NCBI RefSeq assembly: GCF_006345805.1
Contig: NC_043011.1
Span: 52,030,464-52,094,463 of the forward strand
Reading direction: 5' to 3'
Length of the DNA stretch: 64,000 nt
Source of the DNA: Octopus sinensis
Taxonomy: Eukaryota
The notes beneath the pieces are model-generated. The model was not told where the DNA came from and ran no database searches. It saw nothing but the letters and a program-made list of their open reading frames with translations. A program made the translations under genes and the position numbers. Shown in pieces: positions 40,736 through 53,218 of the stretch (position 1 is the first letter of the stretch; the number at the start of each line of letters is the position of its first letter).

Positions 40736-40798
40736 AGTTACGACTGTTGCAACAACTGTGAAAAGACAGATATAAAATAGCCTCGTTAAACTACTCAT
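40736..40798 (-). CDS. TMEM9: TMEM9 first coding exon, signal peptide (MSSLTRLFYICLFTVVATVVT)
   Basis: ATG in AAAC context, hydrophobic 21-mer, GTAAGT donor in phase 0 matching exon 2, CpG-containing upstream region. Confidence 0.8.
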
Positions 40799-41029
40799 GT
40801 TTTCCACTATGATGGCCAACTGCGCTTAGCATAGCGAACGTGATTCACAAAGTAAAAGAGTAGTCGATTCTAAGGGAGATAATTCTAGGTGACAACTTCG
40901 GCTTTATATTCTTTTTCTAGTGTCACTATACCAAGGTTTTTTTTATTCCTTAAATAGGAAATAGGAGTGAGCATGATAGCATGGTTGATGCTAGACTGGA
41001 ATTATTAGTAAGCGGTGGTTGAACGTAAA

Positions 41030-42158
41030 AACTTCCAGAGGTCCCTGGCTTGGCTGTGCTTCCGAAATGCTTTGTCAGTTCGGGATAAACTCGCGAGGCA
41101 CGGCATGCAGAGGTTTCGTTGCTCTGCCCGCAACGTGGGCGCATAGGTGAAACCGAGACGCCGTGCCTCGCGAGTTTATCCCGAACTGACAAAGCATTTC
41201 GGAAGCACAGCCAAGCCAGGGACCTCTGGAAGTTGTCCATAAGTCCCGGGCTGAAAGTCCTTCGATGCAGGTTCACAAGTTAACTTCCATCGAAACCCAG
41301 AGTCTCCACCAGGCCGTCATCACACTTGACCTCTACCAGCCCTCTATAGTAAGCCGAGGTGGTAACCCCTTTGCCAGCATTGCTCGTTCTGGAGAGAAAC
41401 ACGAGCGCCTGTCGACCCTCTGCTTGCCAAGGTCCCAGTCTTGGTCTACGCCTGATCCAGATTTCCAGTTCACCAAAAGAGGTGAATTTGGGAAATATGT
41501 CATCAATGAACAGAGACCATGCCCGCTTACAGTCCAGGTAGAACCAGAGATGCCTCAACTTCAGCGTATGCTTGCACATCTTTAGCCACGGTATCCCTAA
41601 CCCACCCTTTAACGACTGTTGGCAGCAGATAGAGCTCCTTACAAGAGGCCACCTGCCCTCACACAAGAAATGGAAGAGCATACGTTCCAACTTGCTTAGT
41701 TACGAATCAGGGCACGGCACGACGGCTAGGTGGTAGGTAATGACAGATGCGATAAACACATTTTCCACCTCCACCCTCCCTTTCAGGGATAGCCTCCACC
41801 CAGACCAGGTCTGGGATACGGACGCCACCCTGCTCGTAAACTCGCTCCAATTCTTCTCTGTCTGGAGGTCTGGACCAAACAAGACCCCCAAGTATTTTCA
41901 CCAGACCGTCTGTTCAGCGTCCGATGATGCAGTTGGACGGCATCGACTTGCCTCTCCAGGTGCCGAGCTGCAAACCGACTTATCCCGATTAATTCTTGCT
42001 CCTGCCACCGCTTCGTAATCCTTTAGGGCCTCACCTACCCTCTGTAAGTCATGGTCCCTGGATACGATGACAGTGACATCGTTCGCATACGCTGTGACTG
42101 ACATTCCATACCCTAAATCTTGCGGGTCTCTACTCGTCGCTAGATACCGATGGTCTAC
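41030..42158 (-). mobile_element. Decayed Tx1/L1-clade LINE, RT and C-terminal region
   Basis: Frameshifted peptides VDHRYL, VTAYANDVTVIV (YADD box), INRDKS, WRLSLKGR, GGLGIPWL and LSVRDKLARHG. Confidence 0.85.
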
Positions 42159-42846
42159 CCTATTTTCAGGGAAAGTAAAATCACTATTTGACAAATTGCT
42201 ACCTGTCATGAAAACAAAAAGTACCAGAAAAGACATAGCACGGTTTTTATAAGTTGATGAAAAGGTGTCTATGAGGACATACAAGAATGGAAAGCAGAGT
42301 CGGGAAGATGCATAGGTAAAATGATGTATTGGGTAAAAAGTAGAAAATGTATACAAAAGAGACACAGAAACCAACTGAAAAGAGATTCATGGAGAGCGAA
42401 CAAAAGAAATTGGAGAAACCGACGGAATGGTTGTAGGATACGTTCCAAGTACCAACGCCAATGCAGGTGATTGAACCCAGGCGTACAAGTGAGAAGAAAA
42501 GAAAACATACAGAGTTCCTGAAAATAGATTCCAAGCACAAAAAATACTCAAAAGGGGAGGTGAAGTGAATAAAAAAAGTATTGCTAAATAGAATGATTCT
42601 TCCTAAGAAAAACTTAAAATGGGAGATGTTGTAGGGAATTAGTAATAATGGTGCACTCCTCCTACGTGACGAATGGAATAACATAGTCACTATAAGTAAA
42701 GAGAAGTACGTGAAGTACCGAAGTACATAGTAGGCGGTCAGAGATAGTCGTGTCTTTACTGGTTGTACTAAGTATATTGTATACCGAAGTGGGCGTTGTA
42801 ACAGGCCAACATTAAAAAGATTATAACAGTTTCTAGTCTTGCTACA
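42159..42846 (+). mobile_element. Gypsy-type LTR retrotransposon 3' remnant (integrase C-terminus, polypurine tract, short 3' LTR at about 42627-42846)
   Basis: Peptides FSGKVKSLFDKLLP and GKMMYWVK...KRHRNQLKR. Purine run gggaga, then TGTTGTAG ... ATTAAA ... CTACA. Confidence 0.6.
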
Positions 42847-43168
42847 AACTAAATCCGGCCGATCCATTTCACCTCTTGCCGAAAAGTGCGGGGAATCGCC
42901 GCTATGAAAACCACATTCTTATTTTTCAGCATTTAACAGTTGTTTTAACTTCTTTTTCAACACATACGCGCGCATACATGTGACAGTATTACAGTCATGA
43001 ATTTTGTATAATTTATCTACAGTCTCGGCTGCGTATTCACAGAGCCTTTAACAAACTTTGTTTTGTTGTCTTATTAATTCCTGACCAACATGAAAAATGT
43101 TTTGTGCGGTGAATAAAGTTTCTGTTAATAGTTCGCCAAGTGTTACTCGTCATTTACACGCAGACGAA

Positions 43169-43515
43169 GGCATGGCTGTGTGGATCCGAGCTCAGTTCCA
43201 CCGCGTGATACCTTGGACGAGTGTCTTCTACAAAAGCCACGGGCTAAACAAAGCATTGTGAGTGGATTTAGTAGACGGAAATTGAAAGAAGCCGGCCGCA
43301 TGTGTGTATGTGTGTTTGTCCCCCACTACGACTTGACAACTGGTATTGGTGTGTTTACGTCCCCGTAACTTAGCGGTTTGGCCTAAGAAACTGATAGGGT
43401 AAGTACCAGGCTTAGCAAAAATAAGTACTAGGGTCAATTCATTCCACTAAAAATTCTTCAACGCGGTACCCCAGCATGGCCGCAGTCCAATGACTGAAAC
43501 AAGTAAAAAGAAAAA
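43169..43515 (+). mobile_element. Family A SINE with a head deletion
   Basis: Body colinear with 32443-33022. Confidence 0.8.
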
Positions 43516-45944
43516 GGAAAAAGTCCATTTTATCTTTTTGACACCATTTATACGCAGCCAGAGCACTACATGTCGGGCAAACGAATATATATATACAAAT
43601 AAATTTTCTTTCTTCTTGGCGTTGATTCTTCTATGTTTACTGGTTATTCCGACGCGGGAATCGAAAATGAAAAAATGTGTGTAATATGCAACACAGGCAG
43701 TAAACAAAAATAAAATAGAATAGAGTGGTGACATTTAGCAGAGATGACCCGGAAGTTGTTGCCTTTCGATTACTATGGCAAACAGCAGTGGCTTGCTTCA
43801 ACTGAATACACGTCGTTGATTGGTTAAAATTACCCAAATACAACAACTTCAACACGAAATAACTTCTAAAATATGAAATTTTGTCAAAAATGTTGAAAGT
43901 AAACTGTGTTGAGCACGAGAAATTACACCAGCATACGAAGTTTCAAACTGTCTGGTTAAAAAAAAAAATTTAATCTGTGAGTGAAACTGAACAGATCGAT
44001 ATATCCAGAAATGGAAAAACTATCAAAATACAGCGACCAGGAAATATAAGACCTGTAAGATTAGATTGGTAAAAGAAAAAGAAAAATAATAATCCCCATT
44101 GTAATAGATGCTTTTGGAGGTGAAAAAAATTATACGTAGTGAAATATAATAACCCAAATCGCCATTTATATGCAGCACTCAGAACATGTAGAATACGAAC
44201 AACAGAACAAAAGAACACAAAATTGAGAAAGGAAAAAAACAAAGATGGGGGAAGAAGGAAACCAAACGCTGCAAGATAGAGAATTGCAATAGTTTAACAA
44301 TGAAGGTACATTGCAAGTTTAAGTCAATTGGAAAAGAAATAATGACGGCAATAATAGCTTATTTGTGTATTTTAAATCATAGAAATTACTGTTACGGTGA
44401 TACAACGGTGTTGGTTAATAGCACAGTCTCAAATCAAATATATTGCAAGCAGAAACAATAAAGCCGTAGATATCTTGCTATTTCATTCCTGTAGTTTCTA
44501 CAAATGTATGATAAACGACGTTATAAGAAATCAATAGACTGAGGTATAGATGGTAATATAATTATTGATATTTAGGTATTTCGGGAGAAAGTCAATAAAA
44601 CAATATTTTTTAATGATTACTTTCCATTTGAAAAAAATGTTTTTTTTACAAATAGTTTAACATTTCATTAGTAGCTTTTAAATGTCTTCAAATTACCTAA
44701 TACTAGAAAGGATGTAGCAAAAAAAAGATAAGTTCATACTCTAAAAATGATATTAAAGTATTTTCGTAACAAACGTAGAAAGTATAATTTATCGGAAATA
44801 TTCATATTTTCCCATTGAACATCATATCTGGGACAATGCTATTGATACCCACGCACACATTCACATCCTAGACAACATTCAAGACGAAGATATTCGAATG
44901 ATTAGTAATTATTTATTCATCAATACAGAAAAGCTGTTTCCTCTTTCTACTTATAATCACTACTGTAATGTTGTCTGTTCTTCTGAAATACTTCACTGTC
45001 TACTCTCTCTATCTAAGCCCACCTAAACCATTTAGATCTTCTTCTGCATCAGCCAATTATCCTACTTCAGAAGTGAAATCGTTTGGTAACCATATAACGA
45101 ATAGCTTCGTAGATTCTTAGCCGATTTTCGAAACCTAGCCTAGATTTTTCGACGAGTTCCTTCCTATTCTCGGCGTTAACACTTACAAATTTATGAGGGT
45201 CGACTATCGCAGTTAAGTTCTAGTGTTCAAGTGAACATTCTTGGGTTAAATACAAGTCAATAGAGATAAACTCATTACTTTCCATTGTTCTGTAACTTAC
45301 ATCCAGCTTTCCAACATGTATAAATACAGTACCCAAACTTAATATCACCTCTTTCACTTGGTGCTTACCCACGGCAGGGCTACACACTTTTCACCCTCTC
45401 AGCTTGTCAATGCAGAGAGATAAATTCTCTTACTTTCCCTCTCCTTCTTCCATCCATCTTCTCGCGATCACTTACAGATAAGCTTAACTACCTCCAAAAT
45501 GAACCGTGGGATTTTAGCCTATCCTTGTACAACTCGAAGACGATTCTTATACTGTAACGATAAAATAAAGGCCATATCAATTATTGTTTCTCTCATGTTA
45601 ATCATTGCTACATATAATCGTCACAGTTGCATGAATACGTACATGCATCACAGAAAGAGGGAGGAGGGAGGGAGAGAGAAAGAGAGGGTTGCCATAATGT
45701 CTAAATATCAAATGGGGACCACCTTCAAATTATAGAGGTATCATAGGTATTGGTACTAGTTTGAAGAACTTTTTAAACAATTTTCCTGATGCGCAATGTG
45801 CGTCCTTTTCTCTCTTGTAATAAAACTCCGATCTTCAAAACAAAAAGCTAGAACATGCTAAGGTGACTACTCATTGTTTAAAACAAATAAGGTGAGTCAA
45901 GTCAGGTCAGATACGAGAGTATGCGCCCCCATATCTAACCTGAC

Positions 45945-46800
45945 TTACCATGGGTTGCAGCGTGTCCTTGCACCTATCATTTGTCCGTTTTTACTCGGGT
46001 CGCTCCGGGAAACCCTCTGAGTAGTGTCCCAGTAAGCCCCCATCTCTGCAAGATACTTCATCCACCGTGACCGTGTAGCACGTAGTCGACCAACACGAGC
46101 CGCCACCCCAGCCGGATACTCAGGAAAGAGAACACGATACGCAGGATCCAACTCGGAAAATCGAGCAATATAACTGAACAGTTTGAGCTGACGCTCCAAT
46201 ATTATACAAATAACAGGACGCATCCCAGTTTCTGCGTATAGCCGTTGGTTAGATAGAAACTCCAACCAATACTAACCCACAATAATGCGAAGCGTTCTGA
46301 TACCAAAGGAATTCAGGCGGCCTCTAAGGACCCCCCGGAAAGTGTCCATTCCTCGTCGCTATATAGCAAGACAGAAAGAACCAAAGACCTGGAGACCCGA
46401 ACCTTTGTTCCCCTGCTTAGATGTCGACATCGCCAAACACCCTTGTCCAGTGAGTCCACAATTGCAATAGCACGTCCAAGTCTTTATAAGGCTTCGAACT
46501 CGTAGCTAATGCTGCAATGGACCAAACCGCCGAGATAAGTGAAGCGGTCAACAACCTCGACTCTTTAATCTGCAACAGAGATAGACGAAATGGAACTCCA
46601 CAACAAGTCAACAAAAGTCTCTCCCGAGTACTTCTCGAACGCAGGCGAAGTTATCGGCAAATGCTGCTTGCGGCTTATGTCAACCTCATCAAGGCGTTTG
46701 ACTCGGTGGACAGGGATGTGCTCTGGAAGATTCTGGAGGTGCAAAGTATACCTCCCTGACTAAGCCACTACTAAGTGGTCTTATATACTAGAACATTAAG
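45945..46800. mobile_element. RTE-clade LINE remnant with an inverted segment
   Basis: Minus strand: SNQRLYAETGMRPV...ERQLKLF (ORF C-terminus). Plus strand at about 46600-46800: AAYVNLIKAFDSVDRDVLWKIL (RT motif). Confidence 0.75.
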
Positions 46801-47477
46801 AGCAGTTCGGCAATAAGGTCGGGACACTATCAATTTTGATTCATTACATAGCATATTCAGAATCCATGGAATAAGTCATTTTTCATCACAGAATACAGGA
46901 ATAAAGAAAATGTCTTTTAATCAACTACTATACCCATCTACTTGTGACTTGAGAGTGCCGTTACGACGTAGGTACATCGCACTCCCCGCTAGTCCTCTCT
47001 CAAAGACACGCAGCGCTATGGAGAATGTGACAAATCAATAGCAAAGGACAAAATCAAATACAAAAACAAAAGTCCGATGAACTTTCACTATTGATATAAT
47101 TAGGCTGACGCTAAAATAAAAAAAAAGACAAAGATATAAAGGGTAAGTTCTAGAGTAAGTGAAAAGTAAAGTTATAAAGAGCTGTCTATCCGACTAACAC
47201 TCCAGAGGACCCTAGTTTTGGATTATCTCACACTCTAGATTACATCCCCGGATTAAATTAACACCACTGGATAATAACTCGGAGTACATCGATTCTTCAC
47301 CCTTGATTATGATAATTATGATATGAGTATGTTCGTTACTATATAATTAAGGTGTGCTGGGCAGGGTTAGAACTCATATTTTATTTCAACCGTCTTTTCT
47401 TTTTTAAACATTCTTGGAACGTAAGCCTTTCATTCATTATCGAGACATTTCAGTACCAAGCGGGACAAATATATCTA

Positions 47478-47680
47478 TTTCTTTACTACCCACAAGGGGC
47501 TAAACACAGAAGGGACAAACAAGGACAGACAAACGGATGCGTAACTGGTACTTATTTAATCGACCCCGAAAGGATGAAAGGCAAAGTCGACCTCGGCGGA
47601 ATTTGAACTCAGAACGTAGCGACAGACGAAATACTGCTGAGAATTTTGCCCGGTGTGCTAACAATTCTGCCAGCTCACCA
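47478..47680 (-). mobile_element. Family B SINE, CpG-intact copy
   Basis: gaccccgaaaggatgaaaggcaaagtcgacctcggcggaatttgaactcagaacg. Confidence 0.8.
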
Positions 47681-47993
47681 ACCGGATGGTACACAACGAC
47701 AGACCCTTCGAAACGGAACCGTATGGCATCCCCACTGTCCCCTCGCTGTCTGTCTGTCTGTCTGTCTGACTGTCTGTCTGTATGTATGTATGTATGTATG
47801 TATGTATTTACAAGCATAAACTTGAATGAGGTCGATGAAAACTGAATTGTTGTTGTTGTTGGTGTTGTGTTGTTTATAACCCAGATCAGTAAGGTAAAAA
47901 ACATTGATTCACTTGGCCGGAAGTTAGATAATTGTCATGGCAATTAAGGTATATCGCGCTTAATTAAAAATAAACGAGATAGAGTAAGTTGAC

Positions 47994-48000
47994 TATAAAA
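47994..48000 (+). promoter_or_regulatory. TATA box (TATAAAA) of the Ly6-like gene; ETS-type CCGGAAGT at 47917-47924
   Basis: Consensus motifs about 110 and 190 nt upstream of the ATG at 48112. Confidence 0.4.
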
Positions 48001-48111
48001 TATCACGGAACTATTACAAGACTGCAGCCTATACAGCATCATAAATAACGAATGAAACAGTAACCACCGGAAATCCTAGTGTTTGGAATTGTTTTCTTTT
48101 ATTGAGTTTAT

Positions 48112-48172
48112 ATGGCTGCTTTTGTTAGATTTATTATTATCTCCTGTTTCCTATACAGTAAAATAAATTATG
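48112..48172 (+). CDS. Ly6/three-finger gene, exon 1, signal peptide (MAAFVRFIIISCFLYSKINY)
   Basis: ATG, basic residue, hydrophobic core. GTGCGT donor in phase 1, matching the phase-1 acceptor at 50191. Confidence 0.65.
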
Positions 48173-48354
48173 GTGCGTATAATATATACGTAATATATAC
48201 ACAGTCTTACGCACGCACAGCTATCATTCTCTCTCTTTATACTTAGTATATATTATTTATATATAATACGTATCATATTATATATCTAATATATAATTAT
48301 TTGTATATATGTGTGCGTGTATGTATAATAAATCGAAGGGGTGCAAAATTAGTA

Positions 48355-48714
48355 ACCGGGGTAAAATGAGTAATTTCTGATTTCGTTATTTTCTCCCTAC
48401 CTGTTTGAAATCATTACATTGCAAGCACTGCACCATAACTTAGTCAGCATAGTTGTTATTGTTGTTAAAGCTGAGAGCTTTTGAACATAGTTAGGTGACA
48501 GGTACTTTTTTTTTCAAGAAATTTTTCTTCAGCTTTGACCCAATCGTAATTGAGGTTACTAATAAAATATCTGGATAATCTTTGGTATTTAACAATCAAT
48601 ATTCTTTTCTCTGTTTTACTCTAAGTCATTTGTTTCCACCCTAATGTCTAATTTCATAATTTTCAATTAAAAAAAAATGTCTAAAATGGGGTAAAATGAG
48701 TAATGACTATTTTA

Positions 48715-48752
<38 letters not shown>

Positions 48753-49415
48753 AATTATTGTATACAGTGCTCAGGTGCACCACAACTTGTCAGAAAGTGC
48801 ATATAAAGTACATGCAGTAATGTAGAAATGTCTGGAAAGTGAACAATGTATGAGTCAGATACATGCTTGTGTGTGTATGGAGGGGAGAAAATCAAGTGAT
48901 AATTTAGATAATTTCTTCTCTTAATGGTTCGTAAATATGTCGGGAACAGCTACTCCAGCAGTTAGTAAAGAAACTATAGAGAATATCTTATGTTGAGGTT
49001 TCTGATTTGAGTCTTGTTAATTTCATAATCATGTGCCGTTTTACCATGATCCTCTGTCATTTGACCTGGATATTTAAAATTTTTGTTTCAATTCTCATCT
49101 TTCTGATGTCTAAGGATGGAGATTGTTGTACACGAGTCTGTTTTCAAATGTAATTCTGGAGAATTGAAGGTGCAAAAATGTACTTTATCATGGTCTACTC
49201 ATTTTACCCCAGCTAAATTTATCTTTTATATGCTCAAAGGGAACTGACAGTTTTCTAAAATAATGCTCTGAATGTGTGACAGTGTTTTTAATGCATTTAG
49301 AGAAAATCATTTGCTTAGCTGATATAGTTTTGTAAGGTAGTGAACATTTGTAAAAAAAAAATATATATATTTTGTCTCAAAGTCAAAAATATATAAAAAC
49401 ACCTCATTTAGCCCC
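48355..49415. mobile_element. DNA-transposon-like remnant with repeated inverted subterminal motif
   Basis: ggggtaaaatgagta at about 48357 and 48688, its reverse complement at about 49196, and a degenerate copy at about 49402. Confidence 0.45.
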
Positions 49416-50190
49416 CTCACGTACACACACACACATACGTGTGTATGTCCCCATATTTGCTCCCACCGCCTCTTGAAAATCGGTATTGGTGTGCCTATGT
49501 CCTCATAACTTAGCGATTCGCTAACAGCTTAAGAAAAATAAATACTAGTGTTAATTCGTTCGATTAAAATTCTTGTATGATATATGTTATATAAGTATTT
49601 GATTTTATGTCAAATTGTATATAAAAACAATCTTAACATTAAACTGAAACTAGTCTGTAAATGCCAGACCGGCAAGGGGAAGCGACTGACCTCGTCAGTT
49701 CAAAGGTTATAATGGACATTGGTTCATGTGTCACATAGCTAGCTAGAGGCGATGGCCTCTTGCAGCTAATCAACGGCAGCATTCATCCTATTTTTCTGGA
49801 CTGCCATGTTGGCTTGTAACTATTAATATTTTATTTTTTGCTTCACCACATAATCATTTCTAGTTTCCTAATAATAAATTCTTTTAACACCAATTTAACC
49901 ATTGTATTTTATAGTAGAAATAATATCTTTGAATTATCCCATCTTGAGCAGTTTTATTTTCGCAACACCAATAAATGTACAATATTCTATATATTCATTT
50001 TGAGATTCATTCATAACTTTTTTTTAGCAAGTATGGAGAAGACTATACTTTAATGATGAGGCCAGAATAATGTTGAAATACGTTCAAAGTTACCTAGTAG
50101 TTTTTCCTGACATGAATAGATAGTGTCACTGAATCTATACTCAATACTCTACATTGCCTGATCATTCTCATGTTTCTTCCTATATTTCAG

Positions 50191-50307
50191 TGGTCAACAT
50201 CAATTGCTATGTGTGTTACCGTTGTTCATATTTGCTAAACTTCACCATTGACAAGTACAGTGTTGTCTCTGGCTGCAATAAATGTCAAACAACACTGGAT
50301 TATAATG
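50191..50307 (+). CDS. Ly6/three-finger gene, exon 2 (VNINCYVCYRCSYLLNFTIDKYSVVSGCNKCQTTLDYN)
   Basis: TTTCAG acceptor, GTAAGA donor. CYxC start motif of LU/quiver domains. Phase 1/1. Confidence 0.85.
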
Positions 50308-50951
50308 GTAAGACATTGAAGATCTTTTCTAGATTTCATATATTTTTCTCTTTTCTTTCTGGTGTTTGGACAAACTTCATTTATTTATTTCAGAGTGGAT
50401 ATTAAGCAATACACAAACATGATTTTTGTCCTTGGGCAGCAACTGTTATTTTCTATTTGCTTACCCCTAGAAAGTATGAAAAATGGCTAATAATTCCTTC
50501 AAACTCTGCTTTTGTTACATTTATTCAAACCCCAAAGAATCCTTCTCAATTCATTGCTTTGATGCTCTCCCACTACTCCTCCTCATGATCAGTGATGCGG
50601 AAATTGTCAGCCATTAAAGGACATGCTCAAATGGTCATGGCCAATTAACTGATAAGCAAGTCTTTACAGTTTCTGTTTTCCCATATCGATATTGTTAGCA
50701 ATATTATATAATTGATTCAATGTTATGGTATAAGACACATAAGGTATCTTATACAGTAGGATCAAGTGATTGTGAAACCAATTTTTAATCACCCGGCTAG
50801 GTCTATACCTACATTAAGATGATGATGATGATAATGATACCTTTTTTGCTTTGGTGCTTTTTTTTTTGTTTCTTTTTAATAGCATTTTTAGATCAATCTA
50901 TATGTGGAAGAGGAGTGGCAAAATTGTTAGAGTATTGGGCAAAATGCCTTG

Positions 50952-51490
50952 TATTAGGTTGCAAAGAAAGTTTTTAGCATTTTTTAAAATGCAAAAAAGG
51001 GATGTAAATAATTGACCTTTCAATAAATTTTATTTAATGTAATAATTTCCATTATTATTAATGACGTTTGTCCATCTGTCAGGCAACTTAAATATACCAT
51101 CAGCATAAAATTTGACTGGTTTTGAAGAAAAATGTTATCTAGATGCATTTTGACTCCATCTAAATAATTAAATGTTTTTCCTTGCAATGAGTTCTGTAGA
51201 CACAAAAATAAGTGGTAGTTGGATGGTGCAATAGCAGGAGAATATGGTGGATGGGGAAAGAGATCCCAGCCAAGTTCATGTAACTTTATTTGGGTAGCCA
51301 AAGGCATGTGATCAGGCATTGTCTTGTTGGAACACTACCCCTTTCCTGTTGGCAATCTATGGCCTCAATTCTTTGATTTTTTAGTTCAAATTAGCTGATG
51401 ATAGTACACATCAGAATTAATGGTCTGGTTTTGTGGCAGCTCATAATAAATAATGCCTTTATGATCCCACCAAATACAAAGCATAGCTGT
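50952..51490 (-). mobile_element. Decayed mariner transposase, C-terminal part, with terminal repeat; in intron 2 of the Ly6-like gene
   Basis: HPPYSPAIAPSNYHLF (YSPDLAPxD motif); TATTAGGTTG terminus at 50952. Confidence 0.85.
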
Positions 51491-51678
51491 TAAAGCAGTT
51501 TTTGCTCCAGGTCTTTACATTTTCAGTTCAAATCCTGTTAAGATTAACTTTACCTTTTGTCTCTCTGTAGTCAAGGTTACGACATGTTGAGATATATATC
51601 CACATATTGACTGAAATATAATTTAACTAATTGGATAACATTTCTTTACAAGCTTGATTACTTTTATTATTATTTCAG

Positions 51679-51914
51679 ATCCTTTGAAAGCTGATCGCAG
51701 ATGCGTCACTTCTGAACAAGAAAAGTACTTCGATCTTTTAGATATAAATTACCAAGAAGGATGTCGCAATATTAGCCAAATTCCAACTGTTGAAGAACCT
51801 AAATTCTATTGCTTTTGTTTGGAAAATCTTTGCAATAGAGCTTCAAAAGGAAAATTTGACATCTTGTTGCTGAAATTTTCGTTTTTATTCTTATTATTCT
51901 ATATCTTATTTTAG
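51679..51914 (+). CDS. Ly6/three-finger gene, exon 3 (DPLKADRRC...GC...YCFCLENLCNRAS plus hydrophobic GPI-type tail)
   Basis: TTTCAG acceptor. CxCxxxxCN terminal motif followed by a hydrophobic C-terminus and TAG. The mature domain has 10 Cys. Confidence 0.88.
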
Positions 51915-53218
51915 TTATCCAGTCACCCATGAAGAATGATTCTTTACATTATGCAATCCACAAGTATTCCCATCTTCCAAACTACAGCTGATCTTTCTTT
52001 TGGTCATTTACACAAAGGATCTCTGTGAACTTTGTGGAATTTACCTTTCCCTCACTTTTCTTAATGATGATGGTTTTATAAGAAGTTCTCCCATGGAGAA
52101 AGCTATCCCATTTGTTGCTTGCTATACATCATACTCCACACTACACACAAAGGAAATCTTCTCCACTCCATCAAACTGACCACCATATATACATACATGC
52201 CAAGTGTGAAAATAACTTCAGTCATTTCAAACCAACAAGGATACCTGCCCTGACAACGCTCTCTCTATTATCTTGAAATAATACACCCTCCAACTTGCAC
52301 CAAACACTTCAATCTCTCTCTTTCTCTCCCTTGGGGAATATCCCAGTCTTTGGACATAGTGTTCTATACCCAAGAAACATAATACTTCTGGTTCTAGTTC
52401 TGCTAACTACCATCATATTGAACCCATTTCAAACAACTTAATGGTGATGGAAAAGCCCATTAACAGCAACATGTATCTCTCTCCTGCCTTATTCATCACC
52501 AATATGGCTTCCATAGTTTTTTTTCATTATAAACACAATGACCTAACATATCTATTTGAGAAATTTAATTCCAGGATTCCCAGTATAGCAGAAACGTTGC
52601 ATTTATGAGAATTTTGCATAAGCAGGTGTTCCATAATGCAAAACATTTTTTGTTTGACTTCCATATACATGGAATCAATAGAAAAATTAATTTTGCATTA
52701 AAGAACTTCAGATTACAAGATTTTTTAATACATACAATGCCTCCTGTATAAAATAACATTATATGAACTTAGTAATTTTGAGAGATATGAAGTAAATTAT
52801 TCTTAACAGTGGAATTTGAAATAGGTAAAGCCATAAATAAAAGTATGGAGGATATTAGGTTAAAAATAAAACCCTTGGATAATGGAAAAAGTTGAAGGAT
52901 GCTCTTCAACATTTTCTATCCAGTGAGTTTTTTAACAAAATATCCTATAAGCTATTCTTTATACTTTCATCTACTTTGGGTTCCACTGTTAAAAATAACC
53001 ATGGTCAAACTGGGGGGGGGGGGGGGGAAATGAGATAGTCTAGTATTTGAGGATAAGAAAAAAACTAACACAAACTTATGAAAATGAAGATATTGAAGAC
53101 TTAGCCCCCAAGGCATCTTATGGTTAGTGTATACACTGTATTGTCTGCAATTATGAAACATTGCATGTGTATTGTATATTGTAGCAACACTTCTACAATA
53201 TATATAGTTACAAGCATG

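Noticed and set aside
42247-42867. 206-aa minus-strand ORF as a host gene
   Set aside because: Antisense to a Gypsy-like remnant; no motif or splice support.
43560-43684. FSFFLALILLCLLVIP as the signal-peptide exon of the Ly6-like gene
   Set aside because: No nearby in-frame ATG or suitable phase-1 donor; 48112-48172 fits better.
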